Shown here: in pieces, positions 41,839-52,194 of the stretch
How positions within the stretch are numbered: position 1 is the first letter of the stretch
Layout: the number at the start of each line of letters is the position of its first letter
From: Candidatus Bathyarchaeota archaeon
Lineage (GTDB): Archaea; Thermoproteota; Bathyarchaeia; 40CM-2-53-6
Length of the DNA: 64,000 nucleotides
Direction of reading: 5' to 3'
Assembly: GCA_963733055.1 (NCBI GenBank)
Contig: CAVTBR010000001.1
Location: 416,001-480,000 of the forward strand
Made by a program: the position numbers and the translations under genes
The notes under the pieces: generated by a model
Told to the model about the DNA's origin: nothing
The model's input: only the letters and a program-made list of their open reading frames with translations
Databases searched by the model: none

Positions 41839-42861
41839 ATGAAATTCAAGATTAGTTACGATGTAGGTCCAGCGGGAGCGTGGTTTGAGCCCGCGTATAC
41901 TATTGAGCTGGCGAAAAGAGTGGAACAAGCGGGGTTTGACGCCGCTTGGTATGGCGACCACTTCTTACCTTGGTTCCACACTCATGCTCACTCGCCCCAC
42001 GCTTGGGTGTGGCTAACCGCTGCAGCCGCCGCAACCACACGGATTCCGGTTGGAAGCGACATCACAGTTCCCATGTTCAAATACCATCCCTTGATTGTCG
42101 CGCAAGGATTCGCAACCATGGAAAGGCTCTTTCCAGGCCGAGTCTTGTTGGGCGTGGGTACGGGTGAGGCAATCAACGAAGCTCCCTTCGTGAATCGTTG
42201 GCCGACTTGGAAGGAGAGAGCCGATGGTTTGGCCGAAGCAGTTCAGTTAATGAGAAAGTATTGGGCTGAGGCGGATTACTTCAGTTTCGATGGGAAGTAT
42301 TACAGCGTCAAGAACGTGTTCTGTTATGATAAACCGAAAAAGGGAATTCCAATTTACTGGTCCGCTTTCGGCCCAAGATCAGCGAAAATAGGTGGGCGTT
42401 TCGCCGACCACTTAATGACCTCCGGTTCACCGGAAAACATTCGCGACCATGTCTTTCCCACATTCCTTGAGTCCGCAAAACTTGCCGGGAGAAATCCCGA
42501 TAAAATAGAGAATTGCGTCTACCTTGATGGCGGGTATGGGGATCTCAAGAAGCTCGTTTCAAAGTATCGGCTTAGCGCCGGTTCTCTCATCCCTGAGAAT
42601 TTCAACGAGAGGGACCCGCGCAAAATCGAAGCTTCGACGACAAGCTTGACAGATGACTACATACTAGACAAGACTTGCCTATTCTCTTCGCCGGACCAAT
42701 TCATTGAGCTCATTGACAAATACAAGAAAGCAGGAATGAACCACTTTCTGTTCGGCGACTGGGGCTACAACCCACTTCGGACGGTAGAAATGTTCCGGAC
42801 GAAAGTACTACCTTACTTCGGCATTAAGGCGAAGGGACGCAAGCCTCGGCGTTCATCGTAG
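41839..42861 (+). CDS. LLM-class oxidoreductase (probably F420-dependent)
   Basis: DHFLPW, YHP..VAQ.FAT, PGRV.LGVGTGEAINE and FDGKYY motifs. Confidence 0.88.
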   Translation: MKFKISYDVGPAGAWFEPAYTIELAKRVEQAGFDAAWYGDHFLPWFHTHAHSPHAWVWLTAAAAATTRIPVGSDITVPMFKYHPLIVAQGFATMERLFPGRVLLGVGTGEAINEAPFVNRWPTWKERADGLAEAVQLMRKYWAEADYFSFDGKYYSVKNVFCYDKPKKGIPIYWSAFGPRSAKIGGRFADHLMTSGSPENIRDHVFPTFLESAKLAGRNPDKIENCVYLDGGYGDLKKLVSKYRLSAGSLIPENFNERDPRKIEASTTSLTDDYILDKTCLFSSPDQFIELIDKYKKAGMNHFLFGDWGYNPLRTVEMFRTKVLPYFGIKAKGRKPRRSS

Positions 42862-43800
42862 GCGGCGTCGCAAGAATCGAATTGATTCCAAACGATTAAA
42901 CTGCGTCGCCCAAATCCCGAAAAGAATTGCTCCAATACCAATTACGAACGGCAGGGTAGGCTCCTCACCAAGAATTGCAATAGACAAGGCTACCGCGAAA
43001 AGCGGGCTGAGATAGAAGAAAGCGGTCGCCTTAGCCACCTCGAGCTTCGCGAGGGAGTAGTAAAACAAGACGTAGCCTAGGCCTGAGAACAAACCCCAAT
43101 ACGCGATGAGCACATAGCTCAAAGTAGATGCATGTAAGAGCTCTCCGAACCCTGAAGTTGTGTAAACTAGGGCAGTTTGTAGCCCTCCTCCCAAAACAGA
43201 CCCGAGTAAAGTGACGCAGAGCGCGTCATAAGTCGCCATTAGTTTTCTCCCTAGGATTCCATAGGTTGCTGAAGTAATCGCCGCGAATATTGCAAGGCTG
43301 ACACCAAGCGAGCTGAGTGAAGTCGGGCCTCCGGATCCTTGTTCAACGCTGAACACCACCAGGATTACACCAACGAAAGCAACCAAGATACCAGCATAAC
43401 CGCTCGTGGCCAACTTCTCTTTCAGAAACAAAGCCCCAAGCACGGCCGCGAAAATAGTGGCAGTAGCAACGAGGACGGCATTCGCCGACGCGGGAATTCG
43501 CTGTAATGCTGAGAAACTTAGATTCGGGTATATGAAAAACATCACCACTCCTGAGAGTAGAGTCAGGAGGAGCCCTCTTCCACGAATCTCTACTAATCGC
43601 CCGGTCCGTTTTGCTAAGATCAGGGCAACCAAGACTGAAAGTGCACTCAACAGAGAGCCCGACATTGATAGTTGCTCAGGCGTTATGTCAGCAAGAATTA
43701 GTTTACCAACAGGATGTCCCGAACCCCAGACGAAAGTTGCCAATACCATGAAAGCATACTCTTTTCGAATTTTCAAGAACTTCTCCTGAACGTCATACAA
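42853..43800 (-). CDS. DMT/EamA-family transporter
   Basis: ~10 TM segments; FVWG, LFLKEK and LSPLF...ILGE motifs. Confidence 0.88.
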   Translation of the reverse strand: MYDVQEKFLKIRKEYAFMVLATFVWGSGHPVGKLILADITPEQLSMSGSLLSALSVLVALILAKRTGRLVEIRGRGLLLTLLSGVVMFFIYPNLSFSALQRIPASANAVLVATATIFAAVLGALFLKEKLATSGYAGILVAFVGVILVVFSVEQGSGGPTSLSSLGVSLAIFAAITSATYGILGRKLMATYDALCVTLLGSVLGGGLQTALVYTTSGFGELLHASTLSYVLIAYWGLFSGLGYVLFYYSLAKLEVAKATAFFYLSPLFAVALSIAILGEEPTLPFVIGIGAILFGIWATQFNRLESIRFLRRRLR

Positions 43801-43914
43801 TGCTCATTTCCGATAGGCAATTACCTCTGTCTCAGCAGGCGTCTCAAACTTAACGAAGGTAACCGCGACGATTGCGGTCTTAGGTTGGACGTTTCGGGCT
43901 AGCAAAGCGGGCGC

Positions 43915-45007
43915 TTACACGAATGGTAACCGCACTGGTTTACCTGTCTTGTAGCACTGTAAAGCGGCGAGGGCAATCTCGTGAGTTCTAATGGCGTCCT
44001 CGAGGTTTGCATGTGACTCCTTTCCGTTTTGGATACAGTCAACGAAATGGTCTATTTCTCCCTGGAATGGGTGGTGTGCCACATCGGCGCTTGTTGGAAG
44101 AATTGATGGAATCTCTATCCAATCCTTCTGACCTGGGAACTTATGTGACCACACACGATTGTCAATGAATGTGCCTTTGTTGCCGAAAACCTCAAACGGG
44201 AACCGGTACGGCATGATCGCACCAAAATTAACCGAGACCTTTCCGAGCACGCCATTGTCGAACTTAACTAGCGCAGTCTCTAAGTCGTCGTATTCCAGCG
44301 GACGCTTGCCGCCTTCCCATTTGTTAGTAAAGTAGTTGAACTCCTTTTTGAGGCCCTTTCGGTATCCGCCCGAATACGCGAACACTTCTCTAGCCTTCCC
44401 AGCCTCGTACCTTCCATCCCCCGCGAACCAACGGACTGCATCGATCGCATGGCATCCGCCTACTAGCATCGAACTGACGCCTGTCGATTTCTTCCGGGCA
44501 TCCTCATAACCAGACCACCAACTCGCGATGTCATGCTGGTAATCAGCTTCAACATAGAAGACTTTTCCAATTGCATCATCTTGGATCATGGCCTTTATCG
44601 TTTCAAAAATGGGATTCCACCTTAAGACGAAACTAACTACCGTTCGTACTCTTGCTTTACGCACCGCCTCCCTCATCCTTCGCATTTCCTGAGCCGAATT
44701 CGCTATCGCCTTTTCGATTACAATGTGCTTTCCAGCCTTAGCTGCGGCGATCGTATTTTCAGCATGCAGATGCTGTGGGGTGCAGACTGCAACTATGTCT
44801 ACCTCCTCGTTTTCGAGCGCTTTCTCATAATCAGTTGTCAGTTGTATCTTCTTCAACCCTGCTTCTTCGGCCCGCTTCTTGGCACTCTCAAGTTTTCTGC
44901 TGGAAATCGCGATGAACGCGCGTGTGTGGATTCTCTTGAAATGCCTTTATGTGCTGAGTTGAAACCCATCCAGCACCATGGACAAGGACACCTAACTTTC
45001 TAGCCAA
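43915..45007 (-). CDS. Gfo/Idh/MocA oxidoreductase, split by a +1 frameshift at ~44915
   Basis: The upstream frame from TTG 45007 reads LGVLVHGAGWVSTQH; downstream CTPQHLH, GKHIVIEK and GCHAID. Confidence 0.85.
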
Positions 45008-45101
45008 CTGTAGACAACTCGCTTTCTAGTCGTAATTCAGTTTTCGCATCCTATAATTGCGGTAATCTGTTCGAGACTAACTTGGGTCCATCTCGGAATC
45101 G

Positions 45102-45108
45102 TTAAATA
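45102..45108 (+). promoter_or_regulatory. Putative archaeal TATA box
   Basis: TTAAATA ending ~25 nt before ATG 45133, consistent with a leaderless transcript. Confidence 0.4.
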
Positions 45109-45132
45109 GACGCCGATCGGTTACGCCGCTTC

Positions 45133-46725
45133 ATGGCGTCCGAAAAATCAAAAGTTTTCACGCGTGACGCAACCGGGCTCGTCCGTGAAGTTTCGCCTCT
45201 TGACAGTTTTGGAGTTGCCGTCACTGGCGTGGGCATGATCAGCATCTTTCTGTTCTTTTCATATTACATGACCTCAGCTCCGAATGACAATCCTCTGCTC
45301 TCGGTCGTGTTGATGATTGTTCCGCTGGTTGCCCTAGCTGCCGTTTGGGCTTATTTGATGGCTGTATTCCCGCGGAGTGGCGGAGATTATGTTTTCAACA
45401 CGAGGTCGCTTCATCCTACCATAGGCATCATGACTGACTTCCTCTACGTCACCATACTTCCCAGCGTACTCGCACTCTTCATCATAATCGCACTCCAAGT
45501 CTTCGGCGACATGTTCACCATAGAAGCCTTCCTCACGGGGAACCCCGGTATGACAGCGATGGCTACAGCACTAGCTCAGCCGAGCGTGCAGTTTGTTGCA
45601 TGCACAATTCTAACTGTTTTGACGGCTTTCCTTCTCATAGGTAGAACGAAACTTTACACGCACTTCCAAGCAATCTTCGTCGTCGCCGGAATTATAGTTG
45701 TATTGGTGCTAGTCGCCGCAACGGCCATGACACCCAACTCAACATATCAGGCACTTGTACAACAAGTCTTCCAAGTCAATTATTCATCGACAATCCAAAA
45801 AGCAACTACTCAAGGGTTCTCAAGTCCCACTTGGGCTGGAGCATCGCTGTTCGGGACCAGTTTCCTAATATTCTGGCTGGCCGGGCCGCAATACGCAGCC
45901 TTTGTCGCAGGTGAGACTAAGCGACCGCAAAGAACCGCGGTTTTGGCTATAGTCGGCGCGCAATTCGTCATGATCCTTCTCTTTCTCCTGGTAGGCGCCG
46001 TTTCCTACTCGACCTTCGGCCTCAACTTCTCTTATGCGGCTAACTACCTTACTGGCAAGGGCGCTAACCCATTCCCCACAAGTCAAATGACGTTCCTGGA
46101 CATGGTCGTACCCATAATTGGCAATCCAGTGGTAATAGCGATTGTATTCACAATAATCGGGGTGGGCGCGTATTTGGTTGGTTCTAACGCCTGTCTGGGA
46201 GCAAGTAGGAAGATATTCGCCTGGTCATTTGATAGGCTCCTTCCAGCAAAATTCTCCGAAGTTTCCCCCCGCTTCAAAACCCCGATCTACTCAGCGATAC
46301 TTGTGTCCATTCTTGCGGAGATTTTCAACTACCTAATTATCTACAACGTCGGCGTATACAACATCATCACGGGATTCGGCGTTGTTTACTCCGCAGTGAT
46401 CTGGGGCGTATCTGCACTCTCTGCCGTCGTGCTACCATTCAAGAAGGAACTCTTCGAGCAAGCACCAGATTTCGTTCGCAAGAAATTCGGTCCTGTTCCT
46501 GTCCTTAGCATCTTGGGAGCAATTGCTTTCGTCACGATAGTGGGTTTGCTGATTTTCGGTCAACTAGTACCTACGATTCAAGGAGGCCTTGACCCGAACG
46601 CAACTACTTGGACATTTGGAATATTCTTCGGGGGCTTGGTCTACTACTACCTTGTAAAATGGTACAGGCGCAAGTCAGTAGGGCTCGACCTGTCGTTGGC
46701 TTACAAACAGATTCCGCCAGAATAG
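45133..46725 (+). CDS. APC-family amino acid permease
   Basis: FTRDATGLVRE, PRSGGDY, FAWSFDR and terminal IPPE. Confidence 0.9.
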   Translation: MASEKSKVFTRDATGLVREVSPLDSFGVAVTGVGMISIFLFFSYYMTSAPNDNPLLSVVLMIVPLVALAAVWAYLMAVFPRSGGDYVFNTRSLHPTIGIMTDFLYVTILPSVLALFIIIALQVFGDMFTIEAFLTGNPGMTAMATALAQPSVQFVACTILTVLTAFLLIGRTKLYTHFQAIFVVAGIIVVLVLVAATAMTPNSTYQALVQQVFQVNYSSTIQKATTQGFSSPTWAGASLFGTSFLIFWLAGPQYAAFVAGETKRPQRTAVLAIVGAQFVMILLFLLVGAVSYSTFGLNFSYAANYLTGKGANPFPTSQMTFLDMVVPIIGNPVVIAIVFTIIGVGAYLVGSNACLGASRKIFAWSFDRLLPAKFSEVSPRFKTPIYSAILVSILAEIFNYLIIYNVGVYNIITGFGVVYSAVIWGVSALSAVVLPFKKELFEQAPDFVRKKFGPVPVLSILGAIAFVTIVGLLIFGQLVPTIQGGLDPNATTWTFGIFFGGLVYYYLVKWYRRKSVGLDLSLAYKQIPPE

Positions 46726-46881
46726 AATCCTACTTCCCCGAGCATCGTAACCTCAACTTACTCTTCGAACCTAGAGTCCATCCAACACAACTAACCAAGT
46801 TGCGTTTTTGAACAAACCCTCCGCGAGAACCTAAGCTCTTTCGCAATAAACTAAAGAACCGCCGATCAGTTTCGTTCCTGC

Positions 46882-48057
46882 ATGCAAAACAGAGCAGACA
46901 TAGTGATCATTGGCGGAGGATGCATAGGATGCAGCATTGCATTCTGGTCTGCTAAGCTTTCTCCAAAATCACGAATAGTCCTGCTGGAAAAAACGCACAT
47001 CGCCTGGGGCACAACAGGAAAGTCGACGGCGATCATCCGCCAACACTACAGCAACCCTTCAACCGCTAGAATTGCGCTCAATAGTCTAAACGTGTTTGAG
47101 AACTTCTCTAAAGTTGTTGGAGGCGACGCAGGTTTCATACGGACCGGTTTCTTGGCGGTAACAGGTACACAAGACTCGGAAGGTCTAAGAAAGAATGTCG
47201 AAATGCAGCGGAAAGTGGGAATCGAAACTCGACTTGTTGAACCCGCCGAAATAGAAAAGCTGCAGCCAGGCGCCAACGTAAAAGACATCGCCGTGGGCGC
47301 ATACGAACCAAGGTCGGGTTACGCAGATCCGATAACCACGACAAAATCCTTCGCAATTGCGGCCGAGAGACTCGGTGTTAGAATACTTGAAGGAACTAAG
47401 GCCTTGGAAATCACTGTTGACAAAGGGAACGTTAAGGGAGTTCGAACCGAAACGATGGAGATCGAAGCTGACAAGGTTGTAAATGCTGCGAACGTATGGT
47501 GTAATGACGTGATGCCAAGCAACCATTCCAAGCTCCCAATCCGCGCACTTAGAGAACAAAACTGCATCTTCAGTAGACCTCCGACATTCAAAACGCAACT
47601 CGCTGCCTGGGACGACCTCCAAAACCGCATCTATCTTAGACCAGAGGGGAAAAACCGGGTGCTCGTCGGCTCCATTGATCCGAACCTCCCACCAATCGAA
47701 AACCCAGATCAAATGGTTGAAGGAGTTGATCAGGAAACTGTTCTGGCTTACTCAGAGAAGCTATCAAACCGATTTCCCGAGATGGCAATGGGCAATTGGA
47801 AAAGTGGGTTCTCAGGCGCATACGATGTGACGCCAGATTGGCATCCAATATTGGATGAATCTAACGAAGTGAGAAAACTGTTTCTCGCTGTGGGATTCAG
47901 TGGCCACGGATTCAAACTTTCGCCCATTATAGGAAAACTAATGTCGCAACTGATTCTGACAGGCTCCAAGCCGGAAGACCTCACGCCGTTCGCGGCAAGT
48001 CGATTCCGTGATGGCACGTTGCTACGGGGGCAATACGCTGCAAACATTCTTGGTTAA
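46882..48057 (+). CDS. FAD-dependent oxidoreductase (DAO/sarcosine oxidase beta family)
   Basis: GGGCIG, TTGKS, TPDWHPI and GFSGHGFKLSP motifs. Confidence 0.9.
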   Translation: MQNRADIVIIGGGCIGCSIAFWSAKLSPKSRIVLLEKTHIAWGTTGKSTAIIRQHYSNPSTARIALNSLNVFENFSKVVGGDAGFIRTGFLAVTGTQDSEGLRKNVEMQRKVGIETRLVEPAEIEKLQPGANVKDIAVGAYEPRSGYADPITTTKSFAIAAERLGVRILEGTKALEITVDKGNVKGVRTETMEIEADKVVNAANVWCNDVMPSNHSKLPIRALREQNCIFSRPPTFKTQLAAWDDLQNRIYLRPEGKNRVLVGSIDPNLPPIENPDQMVEGVDQETVLAYSEKLSNRFPEMAMGNWKSGFSGAYDVTPDWHPILDESNEVRKLFLAVGFSGHGFKLSPIIGKLMSQLILTGSKPEDLTPFAASRFRDGTLLRGQYAANILG

Positions 48058-48101
48058 ACACCGCGGGTGCAACCGGATCTAATATGTTACCGTTCAATAG
48101 A

Positions 48102-49379
48102 TTAACGAAGCAAATGGTCTTTCATGTGGCGTACGGTCTCTAGTTTGGGCTCGATGAGTGAAGCTGTTCCCGCGGCTTTCACGGCCGCGTGTATGTCCTT
48201 TAACCCATTCCCTGTGACTACGACCACGAACGCTTCATCGTGGTCCACAAGGTCTTCTCGTAAAGCCTTGGTCAACCCGGCGTAACCTGTAGCGCCGGCA
48301 GGTTCGGCAAAGACTCCTTCCTCTCTTGCCAACTTACGCATAGCACTCAGCACCTCCTCATCTGTTACCGTCAGGTAAGCTCCCTCCGTCTCTCGAACCG
48401 CACGCACAGCCCTCGTCCCATCACGTGGGAGCCCTACGGAGATCGAGTCTGAAATCGTATGCGCATCCACAGGCGTAATGTTCTCGGTTCCTGCTTTCCA
48501 TGCGTTGTAGCAGGCCGCGGCTCCTTCGGCTTGTACGCCCATGAGTTTGGGCATTTTCTCGATCCAACCCAAAGCCATCAAGTCGCGCAGGCCTTTCCAC
48601 AGTCCTGTTATGATGTTGCCATCTCCGACGGCTACGAAAATTCGGTCTGGAATGCTCCAACTTCGACCTGAATTTTCCGAATTTGCCAAGGTTAATTGTT
48701 CGCAGATTTCCAACGACGCAGTCTTCTTCCCTTCCGCCGTGTACGGGTTGTAACCCGTATTCCGTGAATACCACCCGAACTCTTTCGAAGCGGCTAGGGA
48801 TAGTTCGAATGCTTGATCATACGTCCCCTTCACCAAGAAAACCCGTGCCCCATAGATCAGCAACTGCGCCACCTTAGCCTCCGGAGCGGTCTGAGGAACG
48901 AAAACCACAGCAGGCACATGCCCGCTAGCAGCAAGCCCCGCCAGAGCCGCCCCAGCATTCCCGCTACTCGCCGCGGTAATCACCTCAACCCCAAGCTCCT
49001 TCGCTTTCGCCACAACCACAGCGCTCGCACGATCCTTCAACGACCCCGTCGGGTTCAAGCCATCATCCTTCAACCAAAGATTTCGAAGCCCAAGCTCCTT
49101 ACCCAACCGCTTAGCGTTGTAGAGGGGCGTCCACCCCACCCGCAACTGGGGCACAACCGAACGATCCTCAATCGGCAGGAGATCCCAGTATCTCCAGATC
49201 GAGCAATCCCTGGACTTCGAAATATCGGCCGGCGTCACCTGCGACTTGATCTTCTCATAATCATACAACACATCCAGCAGGCCAACGTCCCCATGCTTGG
49301 GACACACATACCGAACCTCGTCAGGCGCGTACACGGCGCCGCAAAGAGAACACTTAGTTCCGCTAACATGTTGGCGCAT
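48102..49379 (-). CDS. thrC: Threonine synthase-like PLP enzyme
   Basis: N-terminal CxxC...CPxH; NPTGSLKDR, SSGN, EGKKT and EPAGA motifs. Confidence 0.85.
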   Translation of the reverse strand: MRQHVSGTKCSLCGAVYAPDEVRYVCPKHGDVGLLDVLYDYEKIKSQVTPADISKSRDCSIWRYWDLLPIEDRSVVPQLRVGWTPLYNAKRLGKELGLRNLWLKDDGLNPTGSLKDRASAVVVAKAKELGVEVITAASSGNAGAALAGLAASGHVPAVVFVPQTAPEAKVAQLLIYGARVFLVKGTYDQAFELSLAASKEFGWYSRNTGYNPYTAEGKKTASLEICEQLTLANSENSGRSWSIPDRIFVAVGDGNIITGLWKGLRDLMALGWIEKMPKLMGVQAEGAAACYNAWKAGTENITPVDAHTISDSISVGLPRDGTRAVRAVRETEGAYLTVTDEEVLSAMRKLAREEGVFAEPAGATGYAGLTKALREDLVDHDEAFVVVVTGNGLKDIHAAVKAAGTASLIEPKLETVRHMKDHLLR

Positions 49380-49442
49380 GGGGCTTCAACTTGTCAACTC
49401 GCTTCGCTCAGGATCGCCTATTGAGAGTTCCTGTACATCACT

Positions 49443-50129
49443 TCAACTGGAAGCTGTTTTCTCTTTCAAGCTCAACCTCTCCAGGGCTAGGTACATCACG
49501 GAATCGGTTGATTGCTTGGAGTAAGATTCGATTCGGATCCTCTTTTTGAATTGCGGTGCGTCGAGTGCCAAGGTGTGGTACTCTCCCTGCTCTCCACAAA
49601 TATCCAGGCCAGTGCTCTGATTCATTTTGACAAGTTCCTTAACCGCACTCTCGGATAGTTCTCTCCCCAACCATTCATCTGCGAACCAGGGTTTTTTGAC
49701 GCACGAGAACGCTACCCTAAATCTGAGCGCCAACAGTTTGTTCAAAATCTGAAGCCTATCCCGTTGCCACAGAGGGCGTATGACCTTAACATTGTGTCGT
49801 TCTGCGCGTTGAATTATCCAATTTGGGTCGTGGCCCGCAACTTCGTCAATATCGCCAGTAACCAACATGTCAATTCCGTGTTGTTTCTTCAAGGTGGAGA
49901 TTGCTTCTTCGTAGCTCTCGTCGTAGGGCTCGGCTACGTCCATCCTGAGATGTTAAAGCCCCAAGGCCTGGGCCTGAAGACCGATGAAATCAAGTGGATG
50001 AGCTAAGGGTGCCTCTTGGTTCCAAACGAAAGTGACTAGGTACTTGATGTTGCAGCCTAAGGATTCGGCTTCGTAAAGCGCCAGAGAGGAATCTTTGCCC
50101 CCAGTCCATAACATAGCGGCGTTCGACAT
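49443..50129 (-). pseudogene. Diphthine-ammonia ligase (Dph6)-like PP-loop ATPase with an in-frame TAA at 49953-49955
   Basis: WTGGKDS, GDI, PLW and CGEQGEYHT motifs; both ORFs are in the same frame, separated only by TAA. Confidence 0.75.
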
Positions 50130-50186
50130 GCTCTCCACCGATGCAAACCCTTCTGTCAACTTTTCATGCCTAAGGCAAAGTCGCCG

Positions 50187-50555
50187 CTAACGGTATCGTC
50201 GCTCAAGCTCGCGCTCTCTCCGACGGTCTTCGGTCCGTCCCCTCCGAAGCTCTCTCCTAACGTTGTCGGTGCGCCCAAGGTTCAGATGTTCTGCCCACAT
50301 AATGAGTTCATGTAGGTCTTTTCCGACATCGAATCGGTATGTTTGCGTATTACCGATCTTTCTGGATTTCTTGACCAGTCCGAACCGGTTCAGTTGTTTT
50401 ACTGCCTTTTGCACGGTTTTAAATGATAATCCAGTTGATTCAACCATCAAAGGAATGGTCTGTTCCATGTTTCCAACGTATAGTGCTTGATCCAGAACCT
50501 TAGCTACAGGTCCTCCGAATACTTGCGTGAAGGGTCCATCTTGCATCCCTCTCAT
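50187..50555 (-). CDS. Winged-helix DNA-binding protein with an Arg-rich tail
   Basis: TGLSFKTV...L...GLV...G...Y pattern. Confidence 0.7.
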   Translation of the reverse strand: MRGMQDGPFTQVFGGPVAKVLDQALYVGNMEQTIPLMVESTGLSFKTVQKAVKQLNRFGLVKKSRKIGNTQTYRFDVGKDLHELIMWAEHLNLGRTDNVRRELRRGRTEDRRRERELERRYR

Positions 50556-50762
50556 TACTTCTCTCTCTTACCTGCCAAGGCAAGCCTATTGGGATGTGTC
50601 CCCAATTTAATAATGAATTGGTCTGAATTCCATTAATAGTGGATAATTATCCAATGGCGTTTAGACTTGGAACGCTTGGTCACGGGGTGCCGACATTTGT
50701 TTGGATTGAGATTCAAACAATTCGTTCATATGGAGAGTTGCAACCAGCCTCTACCGAGCAAC

Positions 50763-51146
50763 TTGGAAAGGCGAATTCGCATTTCGACGAAAGGCGTTGG
50801 AACGGTGGACGCGATTCTTGCCGAAGAGAATCCGAAAACTGCTGAGGCAGTCTGGAAGGCTTTGCCGATAAAGGGAAACGCAAACCTCTGGGGAGATGAT
50901 ATCTATTTTTCCACTCCCGTATCCCTTAACGAGGAGAACGGGAGGGAAGAAGTGGAGGTGGGAGCCATCGCCTATTGGCCTCCCGGTAAGGCTGTGTGTA
51001 TTTTCTTCGGGGAAACGCCTGTGAGCCAGGATGGAGAGCCACGGGCCGCGAGTTCCGTCAACGTTTTCGCTAAGGTACTTGGAGATCCAACAATATTCAA
51101 GAAAGTTCGCAATGGTGACGAGGTAAACCTAGCAAGGAGCGACTGA
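50763..51146 (+). CDS. Cyclophilin-like fold protein (DUF369)
   Basis: NPKT, WGDDIYF, AYWPPG and CIFFG motifs. Confidence 0.85.
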   Translation: MERRIRISTKGVGTVDAILAEENPKTAEAVWKALPIKGNANLWGDDIYFSTPVSLNEENGREEVEVGAIAYWPPGKAVCIFFGETPVSQDGEPRAASSVNVFAKVLGDPTIFKKVRNGDEVNLARSD

Positions 51147-51205
51147 ACGGCTAAAGCGGAGAGAATACTAGGGAACGGCCATATTTCTCGCCAGCACACC
51201 CTGAA

Positions 51206-52177
51206 CTATTTCTTGGGATTCACCGGGTTCGGCAGTGGCTCGCCTTTCAAGCCCGCGATGAGGTTTTCCGCGGCCATCATCCCCATCTTAGTTCTGGTTG
51301 TCACTGATGCGCTCGCTATGTGTGGGGCGATGATTATATTCTCCAATTTCAGCAGTGGGTGGTCGATGGGTATTGGTTCGGGTTCTGTAACATCCAAACC
51401 AGCGTAAGCGATCTTTCCGTCGCGAAGCGCCTCGTATAATGCCATGTTATCAACGATGGGACCGCGAGAGGTGTTGATGAGAATACAGGTTCGTTTCATC
51501 TTCTTGAATTGCTCCTGGCCGATTAGGTGGTGAGTTTCCGGGGTCAGGTTCGTATGCAACGTGATAAAATCTGATTCAGCCAAGAGTTTTTCCATCTCCA
51601 CGTACTCTAACCCTAATTCTTTCTCAGTTTGCGGCTGCTGCCTGATCACGTCAGAGTACATGATCTTCATTCCAAACCCTTTCGCGCGCCTTGCCACGGC
51701 CACACCGATCCTACCCATACCAATGATTCCGAGACTTGAACCGAAGACATCTTGGCCAAGCAGAATCATCGGCCCCCACGTCTTCCACTTACCCGCCCTC
51801 ACGTTTCTGTCTCCTTCAGCGACACGCCGACCCGCGGCCAACATTAACGCGAATGCGAAATCCGCGGTTGTTTCCGTCAAAACCCCAGGCGTGTTTCCAA
51901 CTACTATCCCGCGCTTAGCGGCGGCGTCGATGTCTATGTTATCAAAGCCGACTGCTATGTTGCTAATCACTTTCAGCTTTGGTGCTTTGTCCATAAGCGG
52001 TGCGTCTATTTTATCGGTGAGCAGACAAAGCAGTCCCTCCGCATCGGCAATATTCTCAATAATGGTTCCTCTGGGAGGAGGCAAATCTCCCTCCCATATT
52101 TTCGCGTCGCAATAGGAGTTGATTCTATCCATCGCAGGTTTCGGCAACAGCCTCGTAACGTAAACTTTCGGCTTCAA
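51206..52177 (-). CDS. gyaR: Glyoxylate reductase / D-2-hydroxyacid dehydrogenase
   Basis: AVGFDNID, NTPGVLT, GMGRIG, NTSRG and PHIAS motifs. Confidence 0.9.
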   Translation of the reverse strand: MKPKVYVTRLLPKPAMDRINSYCDAKIWEGDLPPPRGTIIENIADAEGLLCLLTDKIDAPLMDKAPKLKVISNIAVGFDNIDIDAAAKRGIVVGNTPGVLTETTADFAFALMLAAGRRVAEGDRNVRAGKWKTWGPMILLGQDVFGSSLGIIGMGRIGVAVARRAKGFGMKIMYSDVIRQQPQTEKELGLEYVEMEKLLAESDFITLHTNLTPETHHLIGQEQFKKMKRTCILINTSRGPIVDNMALYEALRDGKIAYAGLDVTEPEPIPIDHPLLKLENIIIAPHIASASVTTRTKMGMMAAENLIAGLKGEPLPNPVNPKK

Positions 52178-52194
52178 AGAGTATCACGCCCCCA

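Noticed and set aside
48813-49424. Long antisense ORFs (also 51561-52115 and 57426-58046)
   Set aside because: They lie opposite well-supported genes and show no motifs; treated as codon-bias shadows
49953-49955. Stop-codon recoding in the Dph6-like gene
   Set aside because: The codon is TAA, not the Sec (TGA) or Pyl (TAG) codon; a nonsense mutation or base error is simpler
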